The notes beneath the pieces were generated by a model, which did not search any database, was not told where the DNA came from, and was given only the letters and a program-made list of their open reading frames with translations. Shown here piece after piece: positions 8,493 to 18,136 of a DNA stretch of 64,000 nt. The first letter of the stretch is position 1. The number at the start of each line of letters is the position of its first letter. Origin of the DNA: Clostridiales bacterium (GTDB lineage: Bacteria; Bacillota; Clostridia; Lachnospirales; Lachnospiraceae); assembly GCA_029007845.1 (NCBI GenBank), contig JAQXIP010000009.1, positions 6,648 to 70,647 on the forward strand, given 5' to 3'. Made by a program: the position numbers and the translations under genes.

Positions 8493-9872
8493 ATGGAACG
8501 TGAGAATGCATGGACACATTATTCCAAAAAAGAGCGTAAACAGCTGGAAAAGCTAAATCAGGATTACCGTCATTTTTTGTCGAAGTGTAAAACGGAGCGG
8601 GAATGTGTTGCGGAGTCAGTAAGGCTTGCAAAAGAAGCAGGATATGTGGATCTGGCAGAATGTATCCAGAAGGGAAAGAAACTTTCAGCAGGAGATAAAG
8701 TATATGCGGTATGTATGGATAAGACCATTGCGCTGTTCCAGATTGGAACCGAGCCAATGGAGAAAGGAATGAATATTCTTGGTGCCCATATTGATTCTCC
8801 AAGACTGGATATTAAGCAGAATCCCCTTTATGAAGACGGTGGCATGGCTTATCTGGACACCCATTATTATGGCGGAATCAAAAAATACCAGTGGGTTACA
8901 CTGCCGCTGGCAATTCATGGTGTGATTATCAAACAGGATGGAACCAGAATTGATGTATGTGTTGGTGAGCATGAGAAAGATCCGGTATTCTGCGTGACCG
9001 ATCTTTTAATCCATCTTGCAGCCGAGCAGCAGGAGAAAAAGGCAAGTAAAGTGGTTGAAGGAGAGAATCTGGATCTATTAATCGGCAGTATTCCTCTGGA
9101 AAAGGAGGAAAAGGATGCAGTAAAGAAAGGTGTTCTTGCGCTGTTAAAAGACATGTATGGAATAAAAGAAGAGGATTTTATGTGTGCGGAGCTGGAGGTA
9201 GTGCCTGCCGGAAAGGCAAGAGAAGTAGGATTTGACCGAAGTATGATTATGTCTTATGGCCAGGATGACCGGGTATGTGCCTATACATCTCTTGCTGCGA
9301 TGCTGGAGACGGAAGGAGTAAAAAAGACTACCTGCTGTCTGCTGGTAGATAAAGAAGAGATTGGAAGTGTTGGTGCTACGGGAATGCAGTCAAGGTTTTT
9401 TGAAAATACCGTGGCAGAAGTGTTAAACCTTCTTGGAGATTACAGCGAGCTTACCCTGCGAAGATGTCTGGCCGCATCAAAGATGCTTTCTTCGGACGTC
9501 AGTGCAGCCTTTGATCCGTTGTATGCATCGGTATTTGAAAAGAAAAATGCAGCATATCTTGGAAAAGGAATGGTCTTTAATAAATTTACCGGCCGGGCTG
9601 GCAAATCCGGTTCCAATGATGCCAATGCGGAATATATGGCAGACATCTGCCGCATGATGGAGAAACACCATGTTGCATACCAGACGGCAGAGCTTGGCAA
9701 GGTGGATATTGGCGGCGGCGGTACGATTGCGTATATTATGTCACTCTATGGCATGGAGGTCATTGACAGCGGGGTAGCGGTACTGAATATGCATGCTCCT
9801 TGGGAGATTACAAGTAAAGCAGACGTATACGAAACGAAAAAAGGATACCAGGCATTTTTAATCGAAGCCTGA
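8493..9872 (+). CDS. M18-family aminopeptidase (aspartyl aminopeptidase-like)
   Basis: 459 aa. Motifs GAHIDSPRLD, YGQDDRVC, VDKEEIGSVGATG and GGGGTIA are typical of M18/M42 dinuclear-zinc aminopeptidases. Confidence 0.8.
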   Translation: MERENAWTHYSKKERKQLEKLNQDYRHFLSKCKTERECVAESVRLAKEAGYVDLAECIQKGKKLSAGDKVYAVCMDKTIALFQIGTEPMEKGMNILGAHIDSPRLDIKQNPLYEDGGMAYLDTHYYGGIKKYQWVTLPLAIHGVIIKQDGTRIDVCVGEHEKDPVFCVTDLLIHLAAEQQEKKASKVVEGENLDLLIGSIPLEKEEKDAVKKGVLALLKDMYGIKEEDFMCAELEVVPAGKAREVGFDRSMIMSYGQDDRVCAYTSLAAMLETEGVKKTTCCLLVDKEEIGSVGATGMQSRFFENTVAEVLNLLGDYSELTLRRCLAASKMLSSDVSAAFDPLYASVFEKKNAAYLGKGMVFNKFTGRAGKSGSNDANAEYMADICRMMEKHHVAYQTAELGKVDIGGGGTIAYIMSLYGMEVIDSGVAVLNMHAPWEITSKADVYETKKGYQAFLIEA

Positions 9873-9890
9873 TAAAAGCTGGAGGTAAAA

Positions 9891-10358
9891 ATGGACGAAA
9901 AGCAACATTCCTATGAGGAAAAAGCGATGGACTTATTCGAGAAAGGATATAACTGTGCCCAGTCAGTCTTTCTTGCCTTTTCGGATCTCTATCTCATCGA
10001 TGGGAAAACGGCATTAAAACTCTCATCCTCCTTTGGAGGGGGGATGGGACGGCTCCGGGAAGTCTGCGGATCAGTAAGCGGCATGTTTATGGTCGCAGGT
10101 CTTTTGTACGGTTATGATGATCCAAAAGCATATGAAGAGAAATCAGAACACTATAAACGGATTCAGGAACTGGCCGCAGAGTTTTCCCGGCAGAATGGAA
10201 GCATTGTCTGCCGGGAGCTGCTTGGATTACCGGAAGGGAAAGATACACCAAAGCCGGAAAAAAGAACGGAACAATACTATAAGAAACGTCCCTGCAAAGA
10301 ACTGGTTGGTATGGCTGCAAAGATTATGGAGCAATATATACAGAGCCATCCATATTAA
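9891..10358 (+). CDS. C_GCAxxG_C_C family protein (putative redox-active)
   Basis: 155 aa with GYNCAQSVFLAF near the N-terminus, VCGSVSG, and later Cys residues (SIVCREL, RPCKEL) in the family pattern. Confidence 0.65.
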   Translation: MDEKQHSYEEKAMDLFEKGYNCAQSVFLAFSDLYLIDGKTALKLSSSFGGGMGRLREVCGSVSGMFMVAGLLYGYDDPKAYEEKSEHYKRIQELAAEFSRQNGSIVCRELLGLPEGKDTPKPEKRTEQYYKKRPCKELVGMAAKIMEQYIQSHPY

Positions 10359-12376
10359 TCATCCTTTAAGACATACTCATTGGAACTTCGCAGAATGGTA
10401 CTTTTAGAACCGAGGGCATTTACAGTAATGACATCACCTGCTTTTATTTCGGACAGATCTGTTTTTAACAGATTTGTGCTAATAAAGCGGGTGTCTCTTT
10501 TTTCGCCATTTACATATATTTTGCATGACTGGGTAAAGTTGGAGCCGGATACTGACAGCATGCCATCTGCGGTATATTGGGTATTTGTAATGGTAATCTC
10601 GTTGACACCCATCACCAGATCAGAAGCCGGATAGCGGTCTTCTTCGTTATAAGCATACCTTTTCCCGTACAATATATCATACTGGAGCTGTTCAAGATTC
10701 GTTTCGTAATCCGGAGTCCCCATGGCACTCTGGTGATAGCGGAATATGGTTCCTTCATGAATGCCAATTTTATCCGTAATAGAAGCTAACAGCTGGTAGG
10801 AGGTTAGATTTTCGTCCTGTTTCTTTAAGTCGAAATTATTCCAGGTGGCATATTTTGTCATGAAAACAGAACCTTTCTGCATGTCTTTATCGGTTAGATC
10901 CAGACTTGGAAGATGGTCGCCGAACAGTACCAGCATCGTTTTCTCATCTCGTTTGGACAGCATATCAACCAGATCACCAATGAATTTATCAACCTCGTGA
11001 ATTTGGTTAATATAATATTCCCATTGGTAATTCTTCTCCGGTGTATCTGCTCCGGACACTTTGATTTCCGGGTTTTCAATGATCCGTTCGGTAGGGTAGG
11101 TTCCGTGTCCCTGAACGGTAATGGTATATACTAAATCGGACCGGTCAGGTGTAGAATTCAGGCTGTCGTTAACCGCACCTAAAAGGACATGGTCGGTAGA
11201 CCAGGTGCCAAGAGGCGTTAATTCACTAATATTCAGAAGTTCCTTACTTGTAAAGGTGTCAAACCCCATCATTGAAAATGCGTTGGAACGGCTGTAAAAG
11301 GAAGCAGTATTATTGTGAACGACATGGGTTCCATAACCTAAGTCTGCCAGGTCAGAAGCAATGCTTTCACAGGAAGTTTTTTTCAATATGGTTTTATATG
11401 GATATTCCCCCGTTCCAAAGTATTTCATATTCATTCCGGTTAATATTTCAAACTCCGTATTAGCTGTACCGGCACCGACTACTGGTACTTCCAGATAACC
11501 GGTTGTATAGTTTTTTGTCAGGTTATGAAAGTTTGGAATCGGATCCTCGGAGCACTCTAAAAACGTTACGTGGGATGGGTCAATAAACGATTCCAAAAGC
11601 ACAACAATGATATTTGGCGTATCCTGATCGGTTGCATTTGCATAAATCGTATCAGGCGTTGTGACCGTAGACTCAATGTTTTCAATCGTTTCCTTTGAGT
11701 AGTTTTTTGGTTTGCCCATTCCACGATCTACTACACTCGTAGAAAAACCATATACAAACCCATATTTCTCATAACCTTCTGCAATATTATCAAAGTATTC
11801 GGTTAAAAGATTCGTGTGAACGGCTGCATTGGTTACCAGAGGAAGCCAGATAAAACTGGAGGCCAGAATAATCATGGCCAGAATCCGGTTGACATTACCC
11901 TGGTACTTTGGACCTTTTTTCCATACCCAGATATTGAACAGGATAAACGCAATCACTACGAAGATAACAGCTACTTCCTGATAGATGTTAAAGTAGTTAT
12001 TCTGCATGGCAAACAGATCTTTAACAAGCTTTAAGTCTGTATAGCCAAATGGGGTAACCCTCGCTAGCAGTAAAATTCCGTTAATGGTTCCAAGAAAAAT
12101 CCACAAACCGCTAATCAGAACCCGGACTAGCAGGCGGCGTTTAAAAAAATATACAATTAAAAAAGTGACGAAAATGATTAATGAATTATATAAAAAAACC
12201 AGAGGACTGTTAATCATAAAGTCAAATGCTTTCAAAACAGAATGCCTGGATGCAGATTCAATAAATAAGCATAAGGCGCAGGACAAAAGCGCATGAAAAA
12301 ATACGGAATACCGATTCAAGAAACGGATGATCTGTTCCTTACGGTTTTTTGGCCGACCGGCATTGGATGGTTCCAT
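10355..12376 (-). CDS. LTA synthase / sulfatase-family membrane protein with an extra C-terminal beta-rich domain
   Basis: 673 aa. Five N-terminal TM helices, then a sulfatase-like domain (IVVLLESF, GAGTANTEFEILTG, LFGDHLPS), then an extra tail of about 80 aa. Confidence 0.8.
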   Translation of the reverse strand: MEPSNAGRPKNRKEQIIRFLNRYSVFFHALLSCALCLFIESASRHSVLKAFDFMINSPLVFLYNSLIIFVTFLIVYFFKRRLLVRVLISGLWIFLGTINGILLLARVTPFGYTDLKLVKDLFAMQNNYFNIYQEVAVIFVVIAFILFNIWVWKKGPKYQGNVNRILAMIILASSFIWLPLVTNAAVHTNLLTEYFDNIAEGYEKYGFVYGFSTSVVDRGMGKPKNYSKETIENIESTVTTPDTIYANATDQDTPNIIVVLLESFIDPSHVTFLECSEDPIPNFHNLTKNYTTGYLEVPVVGAGTANTEFEILTGMNMKYFGTGEYPYKTILKKTSCESIASDLADLGYGTHVVHNNTASFYSRSNAFSMMGFDTFTSKELLNISELTPLGTWSTDHVLLGAVNDSLNSTPDRSDLVYTITVQGHGTYPTERIIENPEIKVSGADTPEKNYQWEYYINQIHEVDKFIGDLVDMLSKRDEKTMLVLFGDHLPSLDLTDKDMQKGSVFMTKYATWNNFDLKKQDENLTSYQLLASITDKIGIHEGTIFRYHQSAMGTPDYETNLEQLQYDILYGKRYAYNEEDRYPASDLVMGVNEITITNTQYTADGMLSVSGSNFTQSCKIYVNGEKRDTRFISTNLLKTDLSEIKAGDVITVNALGSKSTILRSSNEYVLKDD

Positions 12377-12482
12377 CTTTGATATGACTCCTTTCTCATG
12401 ATTTACAGTTAATCATAAGTAAAAGACTATACCGAACGAAAGAAAATGTCAATGGGGCAAAATTCCTTTTACACCAATATTA

Positions 12483-12592
12483 GTAACAGTTCAGCCGTGA
12501 CAAACACACAGCCGCCGAAAGCTCGCAGAATATCAGGTACCATGAAATACCCGCTTTCGGCGGCTGTGTGTTCGTCACGGCTGAACTGTTAC
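12483..12592. mobile_element. Family-A MITE, 110-bp internally deleted derivative
   Basis: 40-bp inverted arms GTAACAGTTCAGCCGTGACAAACACACAGCCGCCGAAAGC / GCTTTCGGCGGCTGTGTGTTCGTCACGGCTGAACTGTTAC. Flanked by direct CAATATTA at 12475-12482 and 12593-12600. Confidence 0.8.
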
Positions 12593-12654
12593 CAATATTA
12601 TTTGGTAGAAGTTTTGTCTTTTTTATGTTAAGATATATGTTATTTGGTAATGAT

Positions 12655-12853
12655 ATGATATAAGGGTCAAAAGTCAGAATTCGTTCCTGCTTGCAGGAAA
12701 AGAGTTCTGACTTATTGACCCGCGCGCACATGAGCAAGTAGTGATTTTCCTTGGAAAATCAACGGATTGCGAATGTGTGTAGAATTGCGGAAGTTGCGGA
12801 GCAACGGAGCAATTCGTATATCAGTGAGGGTCAAAAGGATTCTGTCCCATGAT
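12655..12853. repeat. Family-B composite repeat (about 200 bp) immediately upstream of pyk
   Basis: Starts ATGATATAAGGGTCAAAAG. Contains a long hairpin (12664-12721), an AGAATTGCG...GCAATTCGTA hairpin and a second GGGTCAAAAG motif at 12828. Same architecture as 31406-31592. Confidence 0.65.
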
Positions 12854-12889
12854 ACTTACGAATTGGTTTGGAGACTGGAGGAGACGAAA

Positions 12890-14299
12890 ATGAGAAAGAC
12901 TAAAATAATATGCACACTTGGACCTGCTGTAGATTCTTTGGATATGGTGCAGGGGCTGATTGAAAACGGAATGAATTGTGCCAGAATCAATATGTCACAT
13001 AATACCCATGAGGATCAGGTCAGGCGGATTGAATGGGTGAGGGAAGCCGCTTCAAAGCTGGAACTGCCAATTCCGGTGCTTCTAGATACGAAGGGACCGG
13101 AGATTCGCCTTTGTGATTTTGAAAATGGCTCTGCGGTTCTTTCAGAAGGACAGGAGTTTATTTTCAAGAAAGAAGATGTGGTCGGTACAAGCCGGGAGGC
13201 AACGATTACGTTTAAAGATCTGTACCGTTATTTAAAATCTGGAGATCTGGTGCTGATAGATGATGGAAAGATCCAGACAAAGGTAAAAAGAATTGAAGGA
13301 ACCGATATTATATGCACTGTTTTAGTCGGGGGGAAAGTGAGTAACCACAAATCTTTAAATATCCCGAATGTCCCGGTTGAGATGCCTTATGTAAGCCCAG
13401 CAGACCGGGAAGATATTTTGTTTGGCATACGTCAGAACGTAGATTATATGGCGCTGTCTTTTGTGCGGAGCGCCGACGACGTACAGGAGATTCGCAAGCT
13501 TTTAAAAGAAAATGGCGGAGAACGGATCCAATTGATTTCCAAGATTGAAAATGGACAGGGCATTGAGAACCTGGACGAAATCATCGAAGTAAGTGACGGT
13601 ATTATGGTTGCAAGAGGAGATCTGGGGGTCGAGATTGATTTTGCGGAGATTCCACAGATCCAGAAAGAGATGATCCGGAAATGTTATCGGAAAGGAAAAG
13701 TGGTTATTACGGCAACCCAGATGCTGGAGTCCATGATTAATTGTGCCAGACCTACCAGAGCAGAGATCTCGGATGTGGCCAATGCCATCTATGACGGCAG
13801 TAACGTGATCATGCTGTCCGGCGAATCGGCTGCAGGAAAATATCCGCTGGAAAGTGTCCGCACTATGGCAGATATTGCAGAAAAAACAGAACGAGGCATC
13901 GATTACAGCCGTTTCCGAAATGACGTTACCTTGCACACAAAGAATGATGTGCGGTGCAGTACAATCGCATCGGCCTATTGTGCAGCAGAAGGACTTGAGG
14001 CAAAAGCCATCATTCTTGCCACCAGAACCGGTGAAAGTGCAAGACTAATGGCTATGCTCCGCCCGGATGTGCGGATCCTTGCCTGTACAGATGATGAAAT
14101 GGTATGGCGGCAGTTGAATCTCCAGTCGGGTGTGATTCCGGTATTAACGAAAACCCAGACGACTTCTGAAGAATTGACCCAGGAATGTCTCAAACAGGTA
14201 AAAGAGCAGAAAATGCTTTGCGAGGGAGATTCTGTGGTGATTCTGGTGAATTCCGATATTCATGGAACCGTGGATACCATTAGCATCCGAACCCTTTAA
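12890..14299 (+). CDS. pyk: Pyruvate kinase
   Basis: 469 aa from ATG 12890 (RBS GGAGGAG at 12875-12881). Motifs KIICTLGP, LDTKGPEIR and MVARGDLGVEI. The 41-codon upstream extension in the track lies inside the repeat element. Confidence 0.92.
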   Translation: MRKTKIICTLGPAVDSLDMVQGLIENGMNCARINMSHNTHEDQVRRIEWVREAASKLELPIPVLLDTKGPEIRLCDFENGSAVLSEGQEFIFKKEDVVGTSREATITFKDLYRYLKSGDLVLIDDGKIQTKVKRIEGTDIICTVLVGGKVSNHKSLNIPNVPVEMPYVSPADREDILFGIRQNVDYMALSFVRSADDVQEIRKLLKENGGERIQLISKIENGQGIENLDEIIEVSDGIMVARGDLGVEIDFAEIPQIQKEMIRKCYRKGKVVITATQMLESMINCARPTRAEISDVANAIYDGSNVIMLSGESAAGKYPLESVRTMADIAEKTERGIDYSRFRNDVTLHTKNDVRCSTIASAYCAAEGLEAKAIILATRTGESARLMAMLRPDVRILACTDDEMVWRQLNLQSGVIPVLTKTQTTSEELTQECLKQVKEQKMLCEGDSVVILVNSDIHGTVDTISIRTL

Positions 14300-14385
14300 A
14301 GACATAAAGTGCTTCCTGCGTGGAAAAAACAGTTGTAAATTTTGATGATTGGTATATAATGGAAAGTAGCAAGGAGGCGATTTTT

Positions 14386-15075
14386 ATGGGTTATTACAAT
14401 TTTTTTAATGGATTTATGAATAACAATAACAGTTTTTCAGGTATGTCCGGTCTTTACAGTCTGATGTCTGATTATTCCAGCATACAGAATGGCAGTTACC
14501 GCAAATTGTTAAATGCCTACTATGAGACAGAAGAAAAGACTTCATCCAGTAAGACTGAGAATCAGAATACGACGAAGAAGACAACCATAGATTCTACGAA
14601 GAAGGACTCGGTCTTAGACGGAATTAAGTCCAGTGTTAGTGCCATGGCTTCCGATGTAAAGGATTTTCGTAAAAAGGGATCGGAAGTTTCCGAGAAGGCG
14701 GTGGAGAAGTTTGCTTCAGACTATAATAAGCTGCTGGATTCTGTCAGTAAAACATCGAATTCTTCCGTGAACAGTAAGCTGACCGATCTTAAAGATTATG
14801 TGAATCTTCAGAAAAAGAAGCTTGACGAGGTAGGAATTAAGGTTGGCTCCGATTCGAAGTTAAGCGTGGATAAAGAGAAGTTTGCCAAGGCATCTTCCGA
14901 TCAGCTTGCCAGTCTGTTCCAGGGGGGAGCATCGTTTGCTTCTATGGTGAGCTTGAAAGCAGACAGTATCGGTGCAGAGGCTACCCTGCAGGCACTGAGA
15001 ACTACATCTCTCTACGATGGAACCGGTTCCTATCAGATGATGAATACAACATCCATTTTCAACGGACTCATGTAA
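14386..15075 (+). CDS. Hypothetical Ser/Asn/Lys-rich protein, possibly with a FliD-cap-like C-terminal segment
   Basis: 229 aa from ATG 14386 (RBS AAGGAGG upstream). Low-complexity N-terminus. The segment GIKVGSDSKLSVDKEKFAKASSDQLASLF resembles the FliD C-terminal pattern. Confidence 0.45.
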   Translation: MGYYNFFNGFMNNNNSFSGMSGLYSLMSDYSSIQNGSYRKLLNAYYETEEKTSSSKTENQNTTKKTTIDSTKKDSVLDGIKSSVSAMASDVKDFRKKGSEVSEKAVEKFASDYNKLLDSVSKTSNSSVNSKLTDLKDYVNLQKKKLDEVGIKVGSDSKLSVDKEKFAKASSDQLASLFQGGASFASMVSLKADSIGAEATLQALRTTSLYDGTGSYQMMNTTSIFNGLM

Positions 15076-15087
15076 TATCCAAGGCAA

Positions 15088-15126
15088 TAAAAAAGGTGTT
15101 CCCAAAAACGGGAACACCTTTTTTAC
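15088..15126. terminator. Bidirectional intrinsic terminator between convergent genes
   Basis: AAAAGGTGTTCCC-AAAAAC-GGGAACACCTTTT with flanking A and T runs. Confidence 0.7.
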
Positions 15127-15132
15127 ACTTTT

Positions 15133-16803
15133 TTACACCTGTTTCTGCGCTTTATTTACTGCACTGATTAACGCATACGCAGAGGCGTCAATAATATCAT
15201 CCTTGATTCCTGCACCCCAGAATTTCGTTCCATTTTCCATTTCAATTCCAACATAGGCAACTGCCTGGGAATTTGCACCTACCTGAAGTGCATGCTCTTC
15301 ATAACAGATTAAGGAGAAATTCAGGTCAAAATGCTTCATGATGGCATTGCTGATTGCGTCCAGACGGCCGTTACCCCTGCCATGATATACCTTTTTCTCG
15401 CTTTTTTCGCCACGCTTAATCGTGATTTCCGTACCGATTCCGTCACTCTGCGTGAAATGGCATTCCATCAGTTCGATTGGTGTGCTGATGTTTACATATT
15501 CTTTCTGGAAGATTTCCAGTACTTCTTTTGGAGAAAGTTCTTTGTGCATATGATCTGAAACATTTTTAACGCAATACCCAAGATCTTCCCGCATTTTTGC
15601 CGGTAACTGGAATCCGTACCGGGTTTCCAGAAGATAACCGATTCCACCTTTGCCTGACTGGCTGTTAATTCGGATGACGTCACCATCATATTTTCTGCCG
15701 ATGTCCTGTGGATCCAATGGAAGATAAGGAACCGTCCACTGCTCACAGTTTTTCTCTTTCCGCCAGTTCATGCCCTTCGCAATGGCATCCTGATGGGAGC
15801 CGGAGAAAGCGGCAAAGACTAATTTTCCGGTATATGGAGAACGTTCGTATACGTTCATGCCGGTTACATCCTCATATAATTCGGTAATTTTGGGAAGGTC
15901 AGAGAAATCCAGTTTTGGATCTACTCCGTGGGTGTACATGTTCATGGCAAGGGTAATAATATCGACATTACCGGTACGTTCGCCATTGCCGAATAATGTG
16001 CCTTCGATGCGGTCTGCCCCGGCAAGAATACCAAGTTCTGCATCGGCCACACCACAGCCCCGGTCATTATGAGGGTGCAGGGAGAGAATCACGCTGTCTC
16101 TCCGGTTCATGTTTTTACTCATGTATTCAATCTGGCTTGCGTATACGTGAGGAAGAGACATCTCTACAGTAGCTGGCAGATTGATAATTACTTTATTGTC
16201 CGGAGTCGGTTCCCATACATCTATCACCGCATTACATACTTCTAAGGCATAATCTACTTCGGTTCCGGTAAAACTCTCTGGTGAGTATTCAAACTGGTAG
16301 TTTCCACCATTTTCCTTGGCAAGTTTATTTAATAATTTTGCACCTTCCACAGCAATCTGTAAAATCTCTTCTTTTGATTTTTTGAATACCTGCTCCCGCT
16401 GTGCATAGCTTGTCGAATTATACAGATGGATCACTGCATGTTTGCATCCTTTTACCGCTTCAAAGGTCTTTTTAATAATATGTTCTCTTGCCTGGGTTAA
16501 AACCTGTACCGTTACATCATCCGGAATCAGGTCTTTTTCAATCAGTGTTCTTAAAAAAGTATATTCTGTCTCAGAAGCAGCCGGGAATCCGACTTCTATT
16601 TCCTTGAAACCAACATCCACAAGCATCTGGAAAAAGGCCAGCTTCTGATCCAGACTCATAGGTACAATCAGAGCCTGGTTGCCATCCCGTAAATCCACGC
16701 TGCACCAGTCTGGTGCATGGTCGATATATTCTTTCTTTGTCCAGTCTAAACACTGGGTTGGTGGCATATAGTAGCCACGTTTGTACTTCGCTGGGTTCAT
16801 CAT
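15133..16803 (-). CDS. leuA: 2-isopropylmalate synthase (long form)
   Basis: 556 aa with SVDLRDGNQA, HPHNDRGCGVA and a C-terminal LeuA dimerisation/regulatory region. Preceded by a T-box leader. Confidence 0.9.
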   Translation of the reverse strand: MMNPAKYKRGYYMPPTQCLDWTKKEYIDHAPDWCSVDLRDGNQALIVPMSLDQKLAFFQMLVDVGFKEIEVGFPAASETEYTFLRTLIEKDLIPDDVTVQVLTQAREHIIKKTFEAVKGCKHAVIHLYNSTSYAQREQVFKKSKEEILQIAVEGAKLLNKLAKENGGNYQFEYSPESFTGTEVDYALEVCNAVIDVWEPTPDNKVIINLPATVEMSLPHVYASQIEYMSKNMNRRDSVILSLHPHNDRGCGVADAELGILAGADRIEGTLFGNGERTGNVDIITLAMNMYTHGVDPKLDFSDLPKITELYEDVTGMNVYERSPYTGKLVFAAFSGSHQDAIAKGMNWRKEKNCEQWTVPYLPLDPQDIGRKYDGDVIRINSQSGKGGIGYLLETRYGFQLPAKMREDLGYCVKNVSDHMHKELSPKEVLEIFQKEYVNISTPIELMECHFTQSDGIGTEITIKRGEKSEKKVYHGRGNGRLDAISNAIMKHFDLNFSLICYEEHALQVGANSQAVAYVGIEMENGTKFWGAGIKDDIIDASAYALISAVNKAQKQV

Positions 16804-16877
16804 AAAAAATCCCTCCTAATTAGTATAAAATATGCTGATTCGGATGTCTGTATACGATAAAGAGCCGCGGCAGCAAT

Positions 16878-17150
16878 AAAAAAACCCTAAATCTCTAAAA
16901 AGGATTAGAGACGTAGGGAAGGATTCGTAAGAACATCAGTCTTACTAACCATATATTCATCACCATACGCGGTACCACTCTAATTCATACAAAGAAGCTG
17001 TATGCACTCGTAACAGATACGGACCATTGGTCTTATATCCTCTTATGATAACGGTTAAGCTCCGGCAATACCTACTGTTAGTTCAGTATGCTACTCGAGG
17101 GCGAGTTCAGATTCGTTCCGCAACTGTCTTGCACCGACCGACAGCTCTCT
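16878..17150 (-). promoter_or_regulatory. T-box riboswitch leader (probably Leu-specific) with intrinsic terminator
   Basis: The minus strand reads AATTAGAGTGGTACCGCG (16985-16968), matching the T-box consensus. Terminator CCCTACGTCTCTAAT..TAGAGATTTAGGGTTTTTTT lies at 16918-16878. AGAGA and AGTA elements and CTC triplets occur in the stem I region. The 5' boundary is approximate. Confidence 0.8.
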
Positions 17151-17335
17151 TACATGTTTCCGGAATCCTACTATTCCCTGTCACTGTATTTAGATAAATG
17201 GTAACATATTTATCCAGGAATTGCAACACTGTATTTTCGGTTGAAATGTGGTAAAATAAATAAAGTGGGAGTGGAAAATATGAACAGGCATAAGGGGGGC
17301 GGATCATGATTGATCCGCAGTGACAGGTGATTGAT

Positions 17336-17767
17336 ATGAATATTATGTTTTTTTTGACACCAAAGAGTGAGGTGGCATATATTGATGCCGAAGACAGTCT
17401 TCGGCAGGTAATGGAGAAGATGGAATATCACCGTTATTCTGCAGTCCCGATTGTAGGAAATAACGGCGATTATTTTGGTGCGATTACCGAAGGTGATATA
17501 TTATGGTTTTGCAAAGAGCAAAAAGATATGAATCTTGTGGACGCGGAGGAGATTCCGCTTATAAAGATTCCACGCCATGTTGATTACCGTCCGGTAAGCG
17601 CCGATTCGAATATGGAGGATCTGATTAATCTTTCCATGAACCAGAACTTTGTTCCGGTAGTAGATGACATGGGAAAATTTATCGGAATCATTACAAGAAA
17701 AGATATTATTCAGTACCTTTATAACGCAAAACATGCGCCTCTTCCGTCAAAATCCCTAAAAAATTGA
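17336..17767 (+). CDS. CBS-domain pair protein
   Basis: About 143 aa with two CBS-like repeats (SAVPIVGNNGDYFGAITEGDIL; VPVVDDMGKFIGIITRKDII). The start is ambiguous between GTG 17327, ATG 17336 and ATG 17345. Confidence 0.7.
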   Translation: MNIMFFLTPKSEVAYIDAEDSLRQVMEKMEYHRYSAVPIVGNNGDYFGAITEGDILWFCKEQKDMNLVDAEEIPLIKIPRHVDYRPVSADSNMEDLINLSMNQNFVPVVDDMGKFIGIITRKDIIQYLYNAKHAPLPSKSLKN

Positions 17768-17908
17768 GGAACGGACGTTGTTTTTTCGTAAGAGTTCCAA
17801 ACGATTTTTTATTGCATTTGAACGGAATTAGGTATATATTTTGAATTGTAGATATGAAAAGATGGTATATGGCAGAAGCCATATGTATGAGAATGAGGAG
17901 GGTATTTC

Positions 17909-18136
17909 ATGGCAGCAAGAAAAACAACTGCAAAAAAACTTGTAACAAAGGTGTATATTCAATATGCGGGACAGGAACATGTGCTTTCGAACCTGTATGA
18001 TCTTGCAAAGACTCAGTGGTTAGAAGCCGGTCATGAGGAAAAGGATTTAAAATCCATTGATGTTTATGTGAAACCGGAAGAGAATAATGCATACTACGTT
18101 GTGAATGACACGGACAAAGGCTGCATCGGACTGTAA
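17909..18136 (+). CDS. Hypothetical small protein (75 aa)
   Basis: Strong RBS GAGGAGG 8 nt upstream of the ATG. No recognisable motif. Confidence 0.5.
   Translation: MAARKTTAKKLVTKVYIQYAGQEHVLSNLYDLAKTQWLEAGHEEKDLKSIDVYVKPEENNAYYVVNDTDKGCIGL

Noticed and set aside
8020-8556. 178-aa plus-strand ORF spanning the sigma/aminopeptidase intergenic region.
   Set aside because: It runs through three repeat elements and a promoter, overlaps the 5' end of the ECF sigma gene in antisense, has no RBS, and translates the palindromes (HACMK motifs recur in another spurious ORF at 31289-31480).
12767-12889. 41-codon N-terminal extension of pyruvate kinase in the ORF track.
   Set aside because: The extension lies inside the family-B repeat. 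A canonical start MRKTKIICTLGP with a GGAGGAG RBS sits at 12890.
17854-18000. 48-codon Cys-rich small ORF (MKRWYMAEAICMRMRRVFHGSKKNNCKKTCNKGVYSICGTGTCAFEPV) that looked like a possible RiPP or bacteriocin precursor.
   Set aside because: It has no Shine-Dalgarno sequence. It overlaps, out of frame, the 75-aa ORF that has a strong RBS. No maturase or transporter genes are adjacent.
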